Shown piece by piece: positions 42,558-64,000 of a DNA stretch of 64,000 nucleotides. The notes beneath the pieces were generated by a model. It was not told the DNA's origin, made no database searches, and saw only the letters and a list, made by a program, of their open reading frames with translations. This DNA comes from the human T2T-CHM13v2.0 reference genome, Homo sapiens, in the NCBI RefSeq assembly GCF_009914755.1, contig NC_060932.1; one strand, written 5' to 3'. Numbering within the stretch: the first letter of the stretch is position 1; each line of letters begins with the position of its first letter. A program made the translations under genes and the position numbers.

Positions 42558-43284
42558 GTTCAGTCCCCTTGAAATCAAACTTTAGTGCCCTCCATTTCAG
42601 TTTCCCCTCACCCAGCTTTGGCCTCTCCAGAGGTTGCGCAGACCAACAGTGGCAGGGGAGAGGAGGATAGCCCTTCCAGTTCCTCTCTGCTTTCTCTCCT
42701 TTCCGAGCTCTGCTGCCTTGGATGCAGCACTGCTGAAGACAGAGGTGGTATTGGTCAATGGGAGTTCAGACCAGTTTTTCTTCTACAGGGATCTCCCGGA
42801 GTTCAGACCAGTCTTTCTTCTACAGGGATCTCCCCACTCCTGCCTGACCTCTTCAGCTTTGGTCCCAGTCATACAGCTCTGGGGTTCTCCTCCCCAGTCC
42901 AACAGTTTTGCACAGGATCTTTCAAGAAGATTCAAGCTTGGCCACCTTCCATGTCTCCCATGGAAAAACTCACCCATGCATGCAGCTGGGTCGCTTCCCT
43001 TTTTCCTAGACCTGGCTGTTCCAACCAGGCCCTCCCATTGAGTCTCAGGCAGTCCGGAGGGAAGCTGCAGTCTCTGTACTTCTCATGCTTTGCCAGGTTC
43101 TCCCCAGGAGTCTTCTGAATCATCTGAGGACAAGGACAGGGCTGGTGCCCGAGTTTCTTTCTTTTTTAAAAATGTGTTTAGAATTGGAGTCTCGCTATGT
43201 TGTCGAGGCTGGTCTTGAACTCCTGGCCTCAATCAAGCCTCTCAGGCAGGTGTGGTTATAGGCATGAACCACCCCACCTGACAT

Positions 43285-43883
43285 ATTTACTGACATATTT
43301 TACCATATTTTATCGAATTCTAGATTCACTATTGTTTCTTGTATTCCATACTTCCCCTTGGGGTCTACTTTTCTTGGTAAAATATGCTTTAATAATTTTC
43401 TTTGCAAGAGTCTGTGAGAGATCAGCAAATATTCATCCGAGGACAGGGTCTCACTCTGTTGCCCAAGCTAACTGCGGTGGTATGACCACAGCTCACTGCA
43501 GTCTCCACCTCCTGGGCTCAAGGGATCCTCCCACCTCAACCTCCTAAGGAGCTGGGACTACAGGCATGTACCACAAAGTCCGGCTAATTTTTTATTTTTC
43601 GTAGAGACAAGGTTTCACTGTGTTGCCCAGGGTGGTCTTGAACTCCTGACCTCCAGTGATCTGCCTGCCTCAGCCTCCCAAAGTGCTGGGATTACAGGCA
43701 TGAGCCACTGAGCCCAGCCTAAGACCCATTTTTGCAGACAGTACTTAATTAAATTTACTGACATATTTTATCAAATTCTAGATTTACTATTGTTTCTTGA
43801 ATTCCATACTTCCCCTTGGGATCTATTTTTCTTGGTAAAATATGCTTTAATAATTTTTTTGCAACGGTCTGTGAGAGATAAGC
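43285..43883. repeat. About 135-bp direct repeat (43285-43426 and 43753-43883) flanking a tail-less antisense AluJ (43440-43720)
   Basis: Both copies read actgacatatttta...ttctagattyactattgtttcttg.attccatacttccccttggg...gtctgtgagagat.agc. Confidence 0.9.
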
Positions 43884-44105
43884 TCTCTGAGTCTTATCTC
43901 AGAGGAAGATATTATCTGTTTTCTTCTGGGATCTGTTGTTGCTGAAGAGAAGTATGGTTGTTGGCCTAATTGTCATTCTTTTGTAGGAAACTTTTGTAGG
44001 AAGCTTCTTATCTGTCAATTCCTGATGTTTTAAAGTTTACCATGGTATTTCTAGTAGTGGATTTTTGTTTATTTGTCCTGCTTTGTAAAGAGAGAGACTT
44101 TCTGA

Positions 44106-44469
44106 GTGTCTAGTCAATTCATGTTGCTATAACAGAATTCCATAGGCCGGGTGGCTCAAACGACCAAATTTGTTTCTCACAGTTCTGGAGGCTGGGAAGT
44201 CCAAGATCAAGGCACTGGCAGATAGGTGTCTGGTGAGGGCTGCTTCCTGGTTGCCAGAAACCAGGAACTGTCTTCTCACCGCACCCTCACAGGGTAGATA
44301 AAGAGGGAGAGAGCTCTGTGAAGCCTCTTTCATAAGGACACGAATCCCTTTCATAAAGGCCCCATTCTCATGACCTAATCACTCCCTAGGGCCCCACTTC
44401 CAAATATCATCACCTTGGGGCTTCAATTAATGAATTTTGTGGTAGACATAAACATTCAGTCTGTAGCAC
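44106..44469 (-). mobile_element. MLT1A/MST-type MaLR solo LTR
   Basis: tctcacagttctggaggctgggaagtccaagatcaagg ... acataaacattcagtctgtagca. Confidence 0.8.
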
Positions 44470-44472
44470 TGA

Positions 44473-44901
<429 letters not shown>

Positions 44902-44959
44902 TAAACTCCCGTTAAATGTACATTGAAACTGGTAACTCTACACTCCCTTACTCTTTTAC

Positions 44960-50580
<5,621 letters not shown>

Positions 50581-50584
50581 TAAT

Positions 50585-50630
50585 CCTCCCAAAGTGCTGG
50601 GATTACAGGCGTGAGCCACCGAACCTGGCC
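50585..50630 (-). mobile_element. Alu 5'-end remnant (46 bp)
   Basis: cctcccaaagtgctgggattacaggcgtgagccaccgaacctggcc with no body or tail. Confidence 0.85.
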
Positions 50631-50701
50631 AATCCTATGTCTTTTAAAGAAGCTAAGAAAAGAAACAAGAGCAGAAATATACGTATAGAGTTTCTTCTTT
50701 A

Positions 50702-51079
<378 letters not shown>

Positions 51080-51424
51080 CTACGTCCCTCACGTAGCCAT
51101 TCGGGAACCAAACTGCAGATGATGCGCTGCGTCTTTTTATCTCTTAGTCTTTCTGAACATTCTAAATTAGTCCTTCAGTACTATTTTCTAATATCCTTGC
51201 AACTTTCTACTTGATTCTTTTTCGTGACTACCTGTTCTTATTTTATTTCTATTTGTTTTAGTTTCCTATTTTTTGACATTTTAAATGTAAATGATTTCTT
51301 CATTATTATTTGAGCATCGCAACTTTTATTTTTCATTTTCTTCTGCAACATTAAATTCATATTTCAGTGGGTGATTTTAATGACTGCCTTTCTTCATATG
51401 TTTTGGAATTTTAGTTTGCAAATA

Positions 51425-52194
<770 letters not shown>

Positions 52195-52894
52195 TGATAT
52201 TGTGAATATGGCAGATTTCAGAACCAGCAGTTCCAGCTCATTCCAGACCATAGAGATGTCTATATGCTCCCATATTCCACATCTAGCCTCAGCAGAGGTC
52301 AGCTACAGTTGGTGTTTTTTATAAGCTTCCATCATAAGGAAGAGGAGATTCTTCTCAACTTTTAAAGCACTGACTGTAGCTCCAACTCCACATTTAACCT
52401 GGAGCAATTTTAGTCCCTTTTAGCTTCTGGACTGATGTTGCCTCTGCCCATTACTTGGACCTACAGCCAAGCAGGCCCACTGCTTGCACTCTGCCCATTG
52501 ATTTACACTGCCATTGCGTTTCTGGTTGGAGGTATATTTATCTTGGTTTTGAACTCAACTACATGTTTTTAGACTTTTCTTATCTGTCATTGCTTTTGCT
52601 TGGAACAGAATCAGTGATCAAAGTGAGATCATTGCCCCAGCTTGCCTAGAGTCCCAATCCCATCCTGAATTTGCAGTCAGCCATTTCAGGCTGTAGTCTT
52701 TAGCTTCTCTGTAACATTCACAATAGCTTTTTGGATGGAAGTGATGGGTGGAATGGATCAGCAAGACACAGAAACCAGGAGTAAAAAAAAAATATGAACC
52801 AGAGTTTGGGTAGGGTAATGGTGAGGCCTGTGGCAGGGTTCCCAGCAGGGCAAGATTCTGTGCAGGAAAACAAAGTTAGAAGTTAAAACTAGGT

Positions 52895-54903
<2,009 letters not shown>

Positions 54904-55941
54904 CTCAGGCTGCTTTTGAAATCCCACACATGTTAGCATATGAGGATGCTAACAATGATTTCACATTCTTCTAAGTTCTGAGCCCTAGGACCATCAGGTG
55001 AAGGCAGCCAGTACCTGGGGGATGATGTGTGTGACTTACATGGTCATCCCAAAGGACAGTAAAATGATGCCCAGCATTCTCTGCCAAACAGACTAAAAAA
55101 GGAGAGAAGAGCACTGTCAAAAGGCATTGATTCCATGTTATTTAGAAAGGACAAATGGAAATGATATGTGCATAGAGTTCTCCCACAGATATGATGAAGG
55201 CAAAGGAGAAGATGTATGAAGCTGGTTTGGCTAATTAGATCCTATACCGATGTCTGAAAAGACTAGTGGAATTAACATATACATTGATGGCATATTTTTA
55301 CAATCTTGTAAATAGGTAGCATTTATATCAGTGGTATAATAAAAGAATAATTATCTTTTAGACCTGAGAAGAGTTTGCTTAGTAAGGTAAGGGTGACTCA
55401 ACATCAAGAAATGCATTAATTCACTTCATTAACTATTCAAAGGAGGAAATTGATATGCTCACCTAAATAGATTTTTTTTAATCTAAAAGAATTCAACATT
55501 TTAAAAACTTTATTAAGGAAATTTCCAACCACACAAATATGTAGAGAGGATAGTATAACAAACCCTGTGTGTTAGTCAACTTCAATAATTATCAAATCAA
55601 CATTGGCTTCTTTTTAATATTCATGTTTTATTAACACTTTTAGTTCCCCTCAGGCTCTTGCATTTCTCCACAGACATTTATGGTATAAATGATCACTCCC
55701 ACCACCAAACACTCCAACATTTAGCAAGGAAGTGAAAGCCATTCCCATTAATTTAGAATTTTTTTGTACATAGAGATGAGAGATTGTTAGTAAACTTTTC
55801 CAGGAATAGCATGTATTTCTGTACACTTACTTATCGAATCTTTAAATGATTTAAAATGTCAAAATTATAGTTCAGTAAACATGAATACAGTCTTAATAAC
55901 AGTCTCTTCTAATTTAGTCTGATAAAAGACTTTCATGCTCA

Positions 55942-56236
<295 letters not shown>

Positions 56237-56294
56237 ATTTTCATGTTCGAAAGAAGACAATGTCTTATATATCTAAACTTTTCAGCAACCATCA

Positions 56295-56745
56295 AAAAGG
56301 TCTAAGTCCATCAACAGGTGAATGGATAAACAAATAGTAGTACATCCATACAGTGGAATCCTGCTCAGGAATAACAAGGAATGACTTATTGATATATGCA
56401 ACAATCTCAAAACAATCATGCTACGCAAAGGAAACCAGACCACAATAAAAGATGTTGTATGGTACCCTTTATATAAAAATCAAGAAATGCAAATTAATGG
56501 ATATAGAGAGAAAGCAGATCAGTCAGCACCCAAGGCAGAGGCATAAGAGGGAAGGAACAAAAGAGAAATTCTCAAGAAGCAGGGTTTTGAGAAAACTTTT
56601 GAGGGTGAGGATGTGTTCACCATCTTGATTGTGATGATGGCTTCCCAGGTATACATATGAAAACTTATCAAATTATATACCTTAAACATGTGCAGTTTAT
56701 TGGATGTCTGTTAGACCTCAATAAAGCTGTTTTTAAAAATGTATA
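56295..56745 (+). mobile_element. Old L1M 3' end
   Basis: gtccatcaacaggtgaatggataaacaaa...acctcaataaagctg. Confidence 0.7.
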
Positions 56746-56781
56746 CAATTCCAGAGCTCTCCAGTCTCAAAAATTTTTTTA

Positions 56782-57078
<297 letters not shown>

Positions 57079-57930
57079 TTAATAACAGACTTTGATAGAA
57101 GTTACCTTTGACTTCTAATGGCTATATTTGGTCCTAAGAAACCTTATGATGTTCTCTAAGAGTTAGCTCACTCAGTCATTAAAATTCTTCCAGACATTTA
57201 CAAACAGATAGGTGTGTATAAACAAATCAAATATGTTAGCTTATGACATAGGGCTAGAGAGTTAAAATTAAAATTTTTTTTAATGTTAATAAGTTAGCAC
57301 AGCTTATTTTATACCATGTAAATAGTGAAAGAAAGCCTGCTTAACTTGAAATGTTATCTTCCAGAAACCTCCAACACATAGCATACATGTCAGCAAAACA
57401 CTGTCTGCTCATTAAAGAAAGTCTTGAGGAAGACAAAGGTGCCTAGTACTATTGCTACTTCTCAATATTTACTCAACTTCCTGGCCAATGAAATAAGACC
57501 AGGGTAAGAACAGATACCTTAAAAAGGTACAGGAAGCAAAGAGACTAGTGTGATCATGTAGAGACAGTATGATCATCTAATTAAAGAATGAACAGAAAAA
57601 TTACTGGAACTGTAAGAGAATTCAATATAGTATTCTTAGCCTTCCTATATGCTAAAATATCTACTTAGAAAACACAGTTGGGTACTAGGGGAAGATATCA
57701 TTTATGACAGCAGCAAAAATCAGCCTACAAAATATTCAGGAGTAAACCTATCAAAAATGTGCAAGACCTGTTTGAAGAGACCCTTACCCCACATGTAAGA
57801 GAGGATTTAAGTGAATAGATATTTCATGGACTGATTGGGAAGACCCAGTGTGGCCAAGATGTTGGAACAGGACTCCCCTGAGACCTTGGGACAGCACCAT
57901 GTCACAGTCCTTCCTACTTCTGGAAATTAA

Positions 57931-58251
<321 letters not shown>

Positions 58252-58673
58252 TAGGAAATAATAGTTACCTGGAGCATCTTTTGTTCAAAACATCTTGGTT
58301 TGGAGATTGTGCTGGCTTGTCCTGAGGCCTCAGTGCCCGAATTGAGTGAATGAAGTGAAACCATGGTTAGGCTATCTCCTCCACAGGTGAGGTGAAGACG
58401 TGATCCCTGGAGTCACTTGAGCCTAGAGTTTCTGCCTTCGAAGCTGTCTCCGTGTGGTACCCATAAAGCATGACTGTGGCTGACCGTGTGTCTCTGCCTC
58501 CACCTTTTGGCTAAGTGAGCCACACCAACTCAGTAACCCCAGCAGAGCACTGTGGGTGGTCTCTGGGTATGTTGGGAGCATTGTTTTCACAGTGGATGAA
58601 AGAAGAAAAAAACAGTAAAGCCCTTTGATGGGTCTTTCTTGTGGTCCTGAAACTTACATGCAAGACTAATTAA

Positions 58674-64000
<5,327 letters not shown>

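Noticed and set aside
42585-43118. 177-aa ORF
   Set aside because: Non-ATG start, Ser/Leu/Pro-rich with no recognisable family or convincing splice context; probably decayed repeat sequence.

Overview
Primate (almost certainly human) genomic DNA from inside the RGS20 gene (regulator of G-protein signalling 20; RGSZ1/Ret-RGS), transcribed on the + strand. The gene is identified from two translated exons in a large CpG island, matched to protein sequences I recall. One is the 345-nt internal exon of the long Ret-RGS-type isoform (6651-6995, SFPPAQLPDSP...QSSPMP). The other is the first coding exon of the short RGSZ1 isoform (8409-8477, MRTADGGEPAGASSPAGRVDGGL). I found no further RGS20 coding exon, so the rest of the window (>55 kb) appears to be one intron. 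It is packed with Alus, old L1M/L2/MIR pieces, MaLR/ERVL LTRs and hAT DNA transposons, plus an RPS27A retropseudogene, a U6 retrocopy, a 5'-inverted young L1 and a long sense-oriented L1PA running off the window end. I found no evidence of a new gene system. The most unusual signals are: (i) a 242-bp inverted copy of the L1's own ORF1 pasted into its 5'UTR at microhomologies; (ii) an RPS27A retrocopy that appears to keep the parental 5'UTR intron; (iii) tiny poly(A)+TSD insertions carrying about 20 nt of unidentified sequence; (iv) a dense AP-1 motif cluster in unique intronic DNA. Repeat boundaries and subfamilies were read by eye and are approximate.
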